Shown here piece by piece: positions 9,470-20,113 of a stretch of DNA of 32,000 nucleotides (within the stretch, counting starts at the first letter, position 1; each line of letters starts with the position of its first letter). The stretch is from assembly GCF_021057185.1 (NCBI RefSeq), contig NZ_CP054059.1, positions 540,001-572,000 of the forward strand, read 5' to 3'. The stretch is from Candidatus Absconditicoccus praedator. Its GTDB lineage: Bacteria; Patescibacteriota; Gracilibacteria; Absconditabacterales; Absconditicoccaceae. Both the position numbers and the translations under genes were made by a program. The notes beneath the pieces were generated by a model. That model did no database searches and was not told the origin of the DNA. It saw nothing but the letters and a program-made list of their open reading frames with translations.

Positions 9470-10390
9470 ATGATTCACCTACATTGACATAGCCATTATA
9501 GCCTTCTTGAAGCCACTTGAAATCCATGAAAAATAGTAGAAAAAGCAAAAGAGCTAGGGATGTCAGCAATAGCAGTTACTGACTATCATGGAATGTACTG
9601 ATCTATAGAATTTTATGAAAATGCAGAAAAAAACTGAATAAAACCAATTTTATGAACAGAATTGTTTCTAAGTCTAGACCTACAAAACAAACATGAAAAA
9701 ACCACACCACAAAACATAGTACTAATTGCTAAAAATATTGATTGATACCAAAATTTATTGAAACTTGTATCATTTGCTCATACTACCTGATACAATCAAA
9801 AGCCAAGGATTGATTTTGAGACATTACAAACATTTAGCAAATGACTTATCTGAATAGTTTGATGAGAGAACAGCTTTTTAGGAAGTATGATACTTTCATG
9901 AGAAGAAGACAAAAAAATTGAAGATATTACAAAAAAACTAAATGAGATTTTTGAATGAGAAGTTTATTATGAAATAATGGCACAAGATGAGACAAAACTT
10001 AAAGAAACAAAAAAAATAAATCAAAAATTAATTGAGATTGCTTCATCTAATTGAACTCAACTGATTATATGAAATGATTATTCATACCCAGAAAAAACAG
10101 ATAAAAAAGCTTATGAAGTTTTATTATGCATTAAAGAAAACCAAAAATACACCAAATCATTTATACAATGAGATTATCACATAAAATCAGAAGAGGAAAT
10201 CAGAAAAATCATGAAAAAAAACAATTATGATGAAGAGAGCATAAATAAGATGATAGAAAACAATCACAAAGTAAGTGAAAAGATCGATTTGCAATTACCA
10301 TTATGACAAATATTATTTCCCAAATATCAGTCAGATGAAGATATTAAAAAATTATACGAAATACATAAAAATGATCTAATCACAAATTAA
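9470..10390 (+). CDS. dnaE: DNA polymerase III alpha (DnaE)-type PHP domain only, 306 aa, ends at TAA where the palm domain should begin
   Basis: MIHLHGHSHYSLLEATGNPGKIVEKAKELGMSAIAVTDYHGMYGSIEFYENAEKNGIKPILGTELFL...IVLIAKNIDGYQNLLKLVS...YYEIMAQDE...LIIGNDYSYPEKTDKKAYEVLLCIKEN...LPLGQILFPKY. This is the canonical DnaE N-terminus. TAA at 10388-10390 is followed by 18 nt and an unrelated GT2 gene. Confidence 0.8.
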
Positions 10391-10408
10391 TTCTTTAAAA
10401 ATACTAAG

Positions 10409-11332
10409 ATGAAATTCGAAGTAGTAATCCCATCTAGAGGAAGCATATGAACACTTCAAAAAATAGTAGAAAGTATAGTTAATTCAAATGTATTACCTAG
10501 CAAAGTACATATTATAATTGATAAATTTATATGAAAAGACGAATATGATATAATACTTTATTTTATTTTTAAAAAAATAGAAGAAGAAAAAAAACAAATA
10601 TTCAACATAATAACAAATCTAAATAGCAATTTATGTCCTTGAGTTTGAGTTAGTTATATAAGAAATTTTGGTATAAATCTATGCAAAAGTGAATATATGT
10701 ATATCATTGATGATGATAATATTTTTTGAGAAAATTTTTTCAAGGAAACAATAGAAAGCTACTCAAAATATCAAAACAATTTTGAAAAGGAGATTTTCCT
10801 ATCCCCTACGATAATGTACAGACAAACAAATAAAATACAGTCTCAATGATTCAAAAAAATCTCTCCTTTTTTGGCAAAGGTGGTACCCACCAAATCAACT
10901 TGAGATTACTCAACACCAAAACTAATCTGATGAAATAGTATTTTTTGAAAAACTAATAATTTCAAAAAGATTATGTTTGATGAGTATTTTGAGTTTATTT
11001 ATGAGGATCTTGATTTTTCTTGGAGAGCAACAAATCTTGGATACAAAATCGTGGTAGACAATAACTTGAAAACTAATCATATGGAGAAAGAAAAATCAGC
11101 CACAGAAAAATCTTTTATCTGAACTCCCAAAACAGCATATCAAAAATCCAGAAACAGAATCATACTTATAAAAAATAATGCTAAATGGTGGGAAAAATAC
11201 ATATTTTATATTTCTTGATTATGGATACAAACTGGATGGTTTATATTTTTAGTTTTATTTTTAGGTAAACACAGTAAATTTGAAACATTCAAATCTATAC
11301 TAAAATGAACTTATGAATGAATAAAATTTTAG
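10409..11332 (+). CDS. Family-2 glycosyltransferase (307 aa) with C-terminal hydrophobic segment
   Basis: MKFEVVIPSRGS..., acidic motif YMYIIDDDNIF, later EDLDFSWRATNLGYKIVV, and a C-terminal TM segment (YIFYISGLWIQTGWFIFLVLFL). Confidence 0.75.
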
Positions 11333-11446
11333 TAAGATATAAAAATAGTGAATTTTTCAGTTCTCAATTATACAAACTGTTTACAATCAGTTTTATTTCA
11401 TTATATTAATTTTTATTATATAAATTTATTGAATAATAAAATTGCA

Positions 11447-12490
11447 ATGACCAATATAGTAGTTATTTGAGGTTGAACAGGAAGTTTCAATATGCTTTCA
11501 GCCCTTAAAGATATACCATGAACTCAAATATCTTCAATAGTAACAATGTCTGATGATTGATGAAGCACCTGAAAACTTAGAGATGAATACTGAGCTCTAC
11601 CTCCTTGAGACCTTAGAAGAGCCATAGTTGCTTTGTCAAACAAGGAAAAAACACAAATACTAAGAGATATTTTTAATTATAGATTTGAAGGCTGAGCATT
11701 TTATTGACACAATCTTTGAAATATTATAATGATGGCCTTACACGACATAACACACGATTTTTGAAAGTCTATAAATCTTTTAGAAGAACTTTTTGATGTA
11801 AAATGAAAAGTATATCCTACAACTTTTGAAAGAGTAAGAATTTTAGCTCAACTTGAAAACCTTGATTATGTAATATGAGAAACTAATATTGATATACCAA
11901 AACACGATCCTCAGCTACAAATAAAAGACTTGTTTGTTCTTAAAGATGATTATATAAATGCTATCAAAAATATACTAAATGAACAACAAATACCCTATAA
12001 TATGAAATTCAATATACTAGAAAAATTTATTCAGGATAAACCAAAAGAAAATCCTCATATACCTGAGGTGATAAATAATGCAGATTATATAATAATAGCT
12101 CCCTGAGATTTATATACTTCTATTTTACCAAACATACTTATTGGAAATATTGCCAACTTACTAAAAGAATCAAAAGCACAAAAAATGCTATTTTTAAACC
12201 TTTTCACAAAATACTGAGAAACAAATAATTACCATTTATCTGACTTTTTGAATGTTTTCAAATACTTTTTGTGAGAGGATATATTTGATTATATTTTAAT
12301 GCAAGACTGGGAAAAACATCCTGTGAAAGAACACATCTTAAAACATTATGAAAAAGAAAATAAATCTATCATAAAAGAAGATATTACAGATAGTAGAGTA
12401 ATGAAATACGACTTTATAAAACAAGAAGATATGATTAGACACGATAGCAATAAAATTAAAAATGTAATTGAACATATTGTTTGTAGTTAG
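11447..12490 (+). CDS. yvcK: YvcK/CofD-family (UPF0052, gluconeogenesis factor-like) protein (347 aa)
   Basis: MTNIVVIGGGTGSFNMLSALKDIPGTQISSIVTMSDDGGSTGKLRDEYGALPPGDLRRAIVAL and APGDLYTSILPNIL match the family consensus. The GGGTG motif is written ATT TGA GGT TGA ACA GGA. Confidence 0.85.
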
Positions 12491-12521
12491 TACAGGTTAT
12501 TTAAATTAAATAAAATATTTA

Positions 12522-13442
12522 ATGAAAAAAGTTTTTTGAATAAGTTTTTTGTCGATTTTTATATTAGCAGTTATCAGTGCTTTTGTTTTGTTATACTTTT
12601 TCACATGATTTCTAAACTGAGAAAAAATAGACAACAGAGATTTGGAACACTGGGAATACACATCAGACTGAAAAATTAAATGAGCAGAAGAGATAAAACT
12701 TGAATGAGAAAACCAAACATGCTGGTTGATGATCCATGGATATACTTCTGTACCCGATGAGTTCAAAAATTATGCAAAGGAAATAAATAAAACTTTTTGA
12801 GATTATGTTTATGTGCCAAGATTAGAATGACACGGCACAAAACCAAGTGACATGATAGATATTGATGTAAAAGACTGGTACAACCAAGTAGATGATATTT
12901 ACAAAAAACTTGAAAATAAGTGTAACAATATAAATATTGTATGATTCTCACTTTGAGGATTTCTTTCTATTGCTATTGCACAAAATCAATACGAAAGTAC
13001 AAATAATTTATACTTGCTTGCTCCTTTTATAAAGTTAAGTTATATTGAATACGATAACTTTTCTTTGGCTGAATATGCAGAAGTTGTATGACAGCATTTA
13101 GTATATTGAAGCAAAATAAATATAGCACAAATCAACAAACCTTGATGAGAAAAAGAACATATAGCATATTTAAATTTTCCTTTTGAACCAATTACAAACT
13201 CGTTTGATTATTTTGAACAGATAAGATGAAGTTTGTGAGAAGTAAACATTCCAACTTTAATACAACATTCAAAAAAAGATCGTACCAATAATATACAATG
13301 ATCAAAACTTATTTATGATAATATAGCATCTGAATATAAAAAATTAATCAAACTTGAAAAATCAAATCACGTATTAATGAGAGATTATGAAAAAAATAAG
13401 GTACTAGAAAACATTATAAAATTTGAAAAGGATAATAGGTAG
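12522..13442 (+). CDS. Membrane-anchored alpha/beta hydrolase (carboxylesterase/lipase-like, 306 aa)
   Basis: N-terminal TM helix, then CWLMIHGYTSVPDEF...PRLEGHGT and the nucleophile elbow VGFSLGG. A late SNHVLM is consistent with the catalytic His region. Confidence 0.75.
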
Positions 13443-13476
13443 AAAACTTGTATTTAAACTTAAAAAATTTTTTATT

Positions 13477-14484
13477 ATGGAAAAAATATGAGGTTGACGA
13501 AGATGAAATATTGAAATATACAATCAAAAAAACAAAAAAATTGCCAGAAAAACCGCACTAAAATGAAAGGAATCTATAATTCAAAAAGAAATATTTATAA
13601 TCAAAAAATTAAATCAATACTGAATAAACTTTGTACCTCAAATACAATATACTTGAGAAAATTTTTTTGAGTATGAATTTATAGAGTGAATTCATTTTTC
13701 TGAAGCTTATGAAAATCAAAACAAAAACAAAAATTTGATGCTTGATTTATTGTATAAAGCTTATTGTCTTGATAGATGCTGAATAATACACTGAGAACTA
13801 ATGAGACCCTACAAAAATATAATTGTAGGGGAACAAAACAAAATCTATATAATAGATTTTGAAAGATGAAAATATGGTGACTTTTCTTGAAAGAATCTTA
13901 AATTACTTTCTCAGTGGATAAAAAATGAATGATTTTTGAGTATCAAAGATTTAAAAACAATTTGACAACTCAAAAATCCTGATGAAATTTATCAGTATAT
14001 CAAAAGAAAAATTAAAAAACCAAAATTATATTCACTATTGAGTATAATATTATGATTTGTAAGTTTGGATTTACTTACTAAATGGATTTTTTATAATAAA
14101 TCTATTGGCGAACAATTTATTTTCTTGAATCCAGCATTCAATGAATGAATTGCTCGATGAGTTCAGATTGATATGACAATTATTATGCTAATTAGTTTTA
14201 TTAGTTTTTTCGTTTTTTGGTTTGTATACAATAAGAACTGGATAAGCTGAACTGTTTTAATACTATTTGTAGCAGGAGCTTTATGAAACTTAATTGATAG
14301 ACTATTTCTATGATGAGTAAGAGATTTCATAATGATATGAGATTTTCCTATATTTAATATAGCAGATATTTATCTAAGTATAGCTATAAGTATCTTGATT
14401 TGGGAAGAAATAATTTTTCCAATAACTCACTATCTTTTGTACAGAAAGTGACATACTTGAAAGGACAAAACAAATAAATACTAA
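13477..14484 (+). CDS. lspA: Fusion protein: N-terminal small Bud32/RIO/LPS-kinase-like domain plus C-terminal lipoprotein signal peptidase II (335 aa)
   Basis: N-part: IGGGRRGNIEIY (G-loop-like), KIARK, GIIHGELMRPYKNIIVGEQNKIYIIDFERG (HGDL..N and DF-like motifs). C-part: four hydrophobic helices with GALGNLIDRLFLGGVRDFIMIGDFPIFNIADIYL (LspA signature). Single uninterrupted table-25 frame. Confidence 0.75.
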
Positions 14485-14494
14485 AAATAAAAAA

Positions 14495-15094
14495 CTATAT
14501 TTTTATAAGATAAGTTTCTTTACTACTTTTCCTGGTAGAAGATGGTTTGTAAGTTTTTATATTTTTTCATCAATATATTTTCTTTAGTTTTCATAAAAAC
14601 TCTTCAAATCATGGTCACATAAAAACCTTCATTACAAATTTTCCATCTTGTTTCAGATAGCTTTGATAAACATAAAAACTTTCTTCAAGCAAATCTACGG
14701 ATTTCATACTATCTATATCTTTCATTCATATAGTATTTGGAGCCATATCTGAAACTATAACATCAAGTTCTCATAATCCTAAATTTTCAAGTATTCATGA
14801 TACACCTTCTTTATCTTTTATATCCTGCTGGTATAAAAAAACTCATTCCATGTTCATCTCAGCTTGCATCAAATCAAATCAAACTATCTTATAGTTTTGA
14901 ACATTTAATTTATTTAGTTTACCATATATATATTGAATCCAACTTCATGGATAACATCATATATCAAGAATGTTTTTTGTGTTTTTATTAAAAATATGAA
15001 ATTTATTATCTATTTCTTCCAATTTAAAAGCACTTCTTGCTTTATATCATGTTTTTTTAGCTTTTTTAAAATAATAATCATATGGATTGTACAT
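14495..15094 (-). CDS. rlmE: 23S rRNA 2'-O-ribose methyltransferase RlmE/FtsJ (199 aa)
   Basis: YYFKKAKKTGYKARSAFKLEEIDNKFHIF...ILDIGCYPGSWIQY...VIVSDMAPNTIG...FVMKVFMGPGFEEF matches FtsJ motifs. Confidence 0.85.
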
Positions 15095-15118
15095 TTATTA
15101 CAAAAAAAATTATAAAAT

Positions 15119-15856
15119 TTATTTCCTATTTTTTATTTTATGAATCTGATATTTTCATGGCTTAATATCTCAAAGCTCATATTTTCAAAACTTCACTCTT
15201 TTAAGATCAAAAACCTTATAATCCAAAGCTTCAAGCATTCTTCTTATATGACGGTTTTTTCATTCAGTTAACAAAACTCTAAGATAATGTTTTCAAAACT
15301 TATCTTTAAAAGGTTTTACATCATAAAAACTAAGAAAATCTTTTTTGGAGCTGTCTTGAGAGTCTTGTACATCAAATCATTTCTTACATTTTAATAAATG
15401 ATTTGTTTTGAACGGCTTATTTATTTTTACTTCATATATTTTAAGTATTTTGCTTTTGGGAGATTCATAATAATCTACCAAAGATGGTTCATTTGTCAGC
15501 AACAATAATCATCTAGAATACTTATCAAGTCTTCAAATATAATAAAAGTCTTTTTTCCAACTTTTTGGTAAGTAAGTATATATAGTTTTGTTATGTTTAT
15601 CAGCTTTTGATACAACACATCCTTTGGGTTTATTGAAAGCCACAATAATAGGTTTAAAAGACGGAAAGCTTGTAACTTCTTCTTCATAAACTTCTCAACT
15701 TGGTAGGTTTACTTCAATAATATCATTTTTTTTAAGTTCAAAGTTTATGTTTTCTACGTAGTTTCAATTTACTAATAATGCTTTTTCATTAATCATTTCC
15801 AACATATCTCTTCTTGATACTCATTTTGTTTTTTGAAGGTACTCTAATATCCTCAT
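15119..15856 (-). CDS. RsuA/RluB-family rRNA pseudouridine synthase with N-terminal S4-like domain (245 aa)
   Basis: IVAFNKPKGCVVS...YYIGRLDKYSRGLLLLTNE (catalytic Asp motif) and LRVLLTEGKNRHIRRMLEAL. The track ORF at 15496-15687 is in a different frame and was ignored. Confidence 0.85.
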
Positions 15857-16293
15857 TTATTTTCAATAATTTTTTTAAAATCTTCAAGGTTTTCAAATTT
15901 TTTATAAACAGAAGCAAATCTAATATATGCAACCATATCTATTTCTTTTAATAAATTCAAAATATCATCTCATATTTCTATTGAATCAACTTCTTTTCAT
16001 TTACTAAGCCAGTTTACTTCAAGTTGACTTATTATCTCTTCTATTTGATCTACACTAAAGTCTCTTTTGGCAAAAGCCAGCATAAGAGCTTTTTTTATTT
16101 TCATTCTATCATAGATTTCTTTATTTCAATTTCTTTTTATAACTAACAAATCTGTTATTCAGGTTTTTTCAAAAGTTGTAAATTTTTTTCAGCAATATTC
16201 ACAATTTCTTCTTCTCCTCACAGATCTTCAATCCTCTACTATCCTAGAATCTACGACTCTTGTTTCCATATTCCCACATTTTGGACATTTCAT
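15844..16293 (-). CDS. nrdR: Transcriptional repressor NrdR (zinc ribbon plus ATP-cone, 149 aa)
   Basis: [43 protein letters not shown]... then an ATP-cone region ending AYIRFASVYKKF. Overlaps the next gene start by 13 nt. Confidence 0.9.
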
Positions 16294-16318
16294 TATTTAT
16301 ATATTATTAAGATAAATT

Positions 16319-18517
16319 TTACTCTCTAGGAATCAAATATCTACTATTATAAAATGTTATATTTTTCAAAAATCCTCTAAACCATATAACATCTTCTCAA
16401 CTTACCTCTCACATGATAGAATCATAATTCTTAGAACCAGAAAACTCTGACCAGTTTCTATATCAAAAATCCATATAAGATGAATTATCGTCTATACTAA
16501 TCCACTTATTAAGCATATCATCATAATCATATACAAGCTGATTTATTATATACTCTACAAGATAATAATAATCCTGAGATATTCAAACTATATCATATAT
16601 ATATATTTTTTTTAGAGTATCAAGATGTAAATCTACTCAATTTATCTTTTCTTGGATACTAAGGTATTTATAATAAAGAAGAAATCAAAACAAAGTTTCT
16701 CTCAAAAATGCACAAATTCATATTATACTTTCTTTATTGTATCTTTTTTGAATATCAATCTTTTCATTATTTAATATATTTATAAAATCTTTCCAAACCC
16801 ATATATCAAAAGTATATATATTTTCTTTAATATTAGAAACATCTTTTTTATAAAAATGCTTGTACAAATGATTTTGATTTGTTTCTCAAATAAGTTCAAA
16901 AAAATCTTTATATAAACAATTTAATATTCATGTCTTTGAATACTTCACCATAGAAGAAATTTTTGAACCAAATTTTTCTTTGAAAAGATTAATAATATCT
17001 TTATTTTGCACAAATATTTTTATATCTTTTTGGTTTATGTCTTGAAATATTACTGTTAAAAAATTTTCATCAAATAATTTTAACAAAAATGGATTTGAAT
17101 AAGTTTGTTTGAATGTAGATCTATATGGCAAAGAGAATTTTTCTTTACCAGCTTTTACATTCTCAAATGCATATTTATAATAAAAAACATTTTTACTATA
17201 ATTATACAAAACACCTCCATAGAAAAACAATGAATCTTGATGCATTCAACTCAAAGATCTGTTTGTATTAAGTACACTTAAAAGGTTTCTTCTAAAAAGC
17301 TTTAAGAAAAAACTATCTCCTCTTCACACCCAAAATCATCACACAAAAGTTAGATAAAAATTTATAAGTTTTTCTGTTGCTACAGATTCTTTTTTTAACC
17401 TATCTGGTATTTTAACATTATCTGGATCATCTCATTCTCAAATACTTGACATAAGTTCATCAAGCTCATCATCTATTCCAGAACCTCAAGCTTTATTAAA
17501 CTTCCAAGAAATAAATCTTTTTATTCACTTAAAATAATTTTTCTTGAAAAGTCTATAATCCAAAAGATACACTAGAAAATCTTCTAAAACATCTTTATTT
17601 TTAAGGAAACTTGACATATAATTATCCAAAACATCTTTATCATAAATATTTTCAACCACAAGCTCTGAGATCTTATAAACATCCTCTCACTCAAAAAGAT
17701 ATCTAATCAAAATATCAGCGGGCAAAATAAATGGTATTATTTTCTTTTCGGTAGTTGATATCCTTGAAGATCTTGTATAAATATGATAATTTTTAATAAA
17801 ATCTAATGTTACTGCTTTTTTATTGCTTTTTCTTTGTTCATCATAAAATATCCGTTCATAATAATATTTTTCATCAATAAAATCATCTTCAAAAAATTTA
17901 TTAAGAGTTTTTGACAGGTTAAAAAGCATAAAAAATACTTGGATATTTTTTAGAACTTTTAATTTTATTTGTTGAATTGTATTTTCATCATATTTAAAAC
18001 CTGAATTTTTACAAACAAATAAGTAAGTTTGAAAAAACAGATCTATAAACCAAGAATAATTTTCTTTATCATCCGAATAAGGAAAAACTTTAATTCTTGC
18101 AAAAAAGATAAATACTATATAGTAAACAGTCAAAATAAAGTTAATAAAATACCTATGATCATATCATTTGAAAAAATTTCTTGTATAAATACTTACAACT
18201 AGAGAAACTACACTTCATATATTTGATGGAGAAAAAAACCTATATCAATTGAAGTTGGATACAACTCAATATGAATAATAATTATCTATTTCTTTAGGCT
18301 TCATAGAAGATCACTTTCCAAAACCAACTTTTACTTCAAAACTATCTAAGGACACATCAAAAAGATTTAACTTGAAGTTTTCTACTATTTTTCTATTTAC
18401 TACAGAAAAAAACTGTTTTGCAGAAACAAAACTTATAAAAACACTTGCTGGATTTATAGGCTGATTTATTACCTCATCAGGGAAAAGAGATATAAGAATT
18501 CTTTTAAAAAGCTTCAT
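16319..18517 (-). CDS. Large hypothetical protein (732 aa), Tyr/Phe/Lys/Asn-rich, at least one hydrophobic segment
   Basis: The three track fragments (18311-18517, 17687-18133, 16928-17245) are in one frame, joined by UGA-Gly codons into a single ORF ending in TAA at 16319-16321. No recognised motif. Confidence 0.7.
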
Positions 18518-18694
18518 AAATAATTACCCAACTTAAATTTAAATAAAAAATTATAATAAAATAAAAAACAATTTCAATAATTATGCTATCTTAAACTTTT
18601 TGAAATAATTTAAAAAAAACTAACTGAATCAAGATATTTTTAAGAACACACTATTATTTATACAAAAAAACAATAAAAACTCAATAAAAAATAC

Positions 18695-18720
18695 TAAAAA
18701 AGCCCCTTTAGGGCTTTTTT
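18695..18720 (-). terminator. Intrinsic terminator downstream of the FKBP gene (symmetrical A/T arms, could act in both directions)
   Basis: aaaaaAGCCCctttaGGGCTttttt: GC-rich 5-bp core stem extended by A:T pairs, with T-runs on both strands, 21 nt after the stop at 18741. Confidence 0.7.
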
Positions 18721-18740
18721 AAAAAATAGTTTGTTAGTTT

Positions 18741-19541
18741 TTAAGGCTGTTGCATTGGATCTATGTCTTGCTCATCTTGATCCTTTATTTCATGAATTTC
18801 TACTTCAAAATACATATTTTCTCAAGCCATTGGAGGATTGAAATCTACTATTACAATTCATTCATCGTCTCTAATTTCTGTTATCTCTCCAAACATTTGA
18901 CCAAAGTTTACAAACTCATCTTCTACTGGCTCCAAACCTGCTTGCTCAAAATATTCCATTGGAATTTCCTCTACAAGCTCTTCTTGATAATCTCAATATC
19001 ATTCATCTGGAGTAACTTCAAATTCTTTAACTTCTCATTCTTCCATTCAAAGAATTGCATCTTCAAAACCAGGAATCATTTGTCATGCACCAACTATAAA
19101 TTCCAATGGTTGATAAGGTCTATTTTCATCATATATACCAGCATCTTCAGCAACACTTTGTTCACTAGTATCAAAAACCTCACCATCTTCATCAGTACCA
19201 GTATAATCCAAAGACACAAGATGTCCTTCTTCTACATAATCATGATGATCAGGAGAAGACGGCATTTCCTGTTGCATTGCATCCTGCATTGCTTCTTCAT
19301 CCATCATATCTTCATCATCTATCATATCCTCTACATCTTCTTCCATCGCTTCTTCATCAGTCATATCCTCTTGCATCGCCTCCTCTTCTTCATAATCTTG
19401 TCATTCTTCATTATTTTGATTTTGTTGCTCAGTCTGATCTGAAGCATCTTGAGTTCAATTCATATCTTCTATATCTTCCATGCATCAATACAAACTAAAA
19501 CTTCAAAAAATTACTAAAGCTATTATCAATTGTTTTTTCAT
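18741..19541 (-). CDS. FKBP-type (SlyD-like) peptidyl-prolyl isomerase lipoprotein with long acidic/Met-rich linker (266 aa)
   Basis: MKKQLIIALVIFGSFSLYGC lipobox. Linker EEEAMQEDMTDEEAMEEDVEDMIDDEDMMDEEAMQDAMQQEM. FKBP core GHLVSLDYTGTDEDGEVFDTS...PLEFIVGAGQMIPGFEDAILGMEEGEVKEFEVTPDEGYG. Confidence 0.85.
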
Positions 19542-19683
19542 TATTTTATATTTTATGCAACTAAATTACTCTGATTGAGATTAATACAACCAAAGAATAC
19601 TCAAAGGTTAAATATTTAAAGTATATTTTCAAGTTTTTTTATGTATTTAACATTTACTTTCTATCATAAATATTCATAAAAAT

Positions 19684-19974
19684 TTAGGGGTCTATTTTGT
19701 ATCAACCTCATTTTACTGTTTTTATGATTGTTTTGTCTATTTTTTTTCTAAGATTTGAAACATATACATCCAATTTTTTTTCATTTTCATATCAATCAAA
19801 TCACCAAGTATAGTTTATCAAATCTTCTCTAGACACCACTGCTCATACATTTTTCATCAACTTTTCAAGTATCAGAACCTCTTTATTAGTACATTTTTTA
19901 TTGTTTCAACTTCTTCATATATTCTTTTTTGATAAAAATTTTAGAATTTTTTCCATATTTTCTTTTTTTCTCAT
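19684..19974 (-). CDS. Stand-alone OmpR/PhoB-type winged-helix DNA-binding domain protein (96 aa, no receiver domain)
   Basis: CTNKEVLILEKLMKNVGAVVSREDLINYTWGFDGYENEKKLDVYVSNLRKKIDKTIIKTVKGGGYKIDP aligns along its length with the C-terminus of the response regulator at 21394-22041 (FTNKEISLIECLLDHFGTAVSRTDIIDYIWGGDIFDNDNKLDVYISNIRRKLGKGIIKTVKGFGYKIEK). Confidence 0.8.
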
Positions 19975-20027
19975 TTGTATTATTTTATATATTTAAATAT
20001 GCCCACAATTGAGCATAAATAAAATAT

Positions 20028-20053
20028 AAACAAAAACCTTAAATAAATATTAA
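20028..20053 (-). promoter_or_regulatory. Copy 2 of a shared 26-nt motif (candidate OmpR-family operator), upstream of the orphan wHTH gene
   Basis: Plus strand aaacaaaaaccttaaataaatattaa versus aaaacaaaaccttaaataaacattaa at 21362-21387 (23/26 identical by hand alignment). The minus-strand reading contains direct GTTT(A/T) repeats about 11 nt apart. Confidence 0.35.
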
Positions 20054-20058
20054 TTAAT

Positions 20059-20088
20059 AAAAAACATCCCTTCATTTTAGAAGGGATG
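20059..20088 (-). terminator. Intrinsic terminator after the acidic repeat gene
   Basis: Minus strand: CATCCCTTctaaaatgAAGGGATG followed by TTTTTT. 8-bp stem, located 26 nt after the stop at 20114. Confidence 0.7.
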
Positions 20089-20113
20089 CAAAATGATAAA
20101 ATATTTTCAAAAA

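Noticed and set aside
9470-10390. Split-intein explanation for the truncated dnaE
   Set aside because: The ORF ends in a plain TAA with no intein N-terminal splicing block (no Cys/Ser-initiated Hint motif) after the PHP domain. The next ORF is a glycosyltransferase, not an intein or extein continuation.
18750-19442. 230-aa plus-strand ORF
   Set aside because: It is antisense to the FKBP-type isomerase lipoprotein, whose conserved motifs are unambiguous. It stays open only because the sense strand is GA-rich and acidic-coding, so the complement lacks stop codons.
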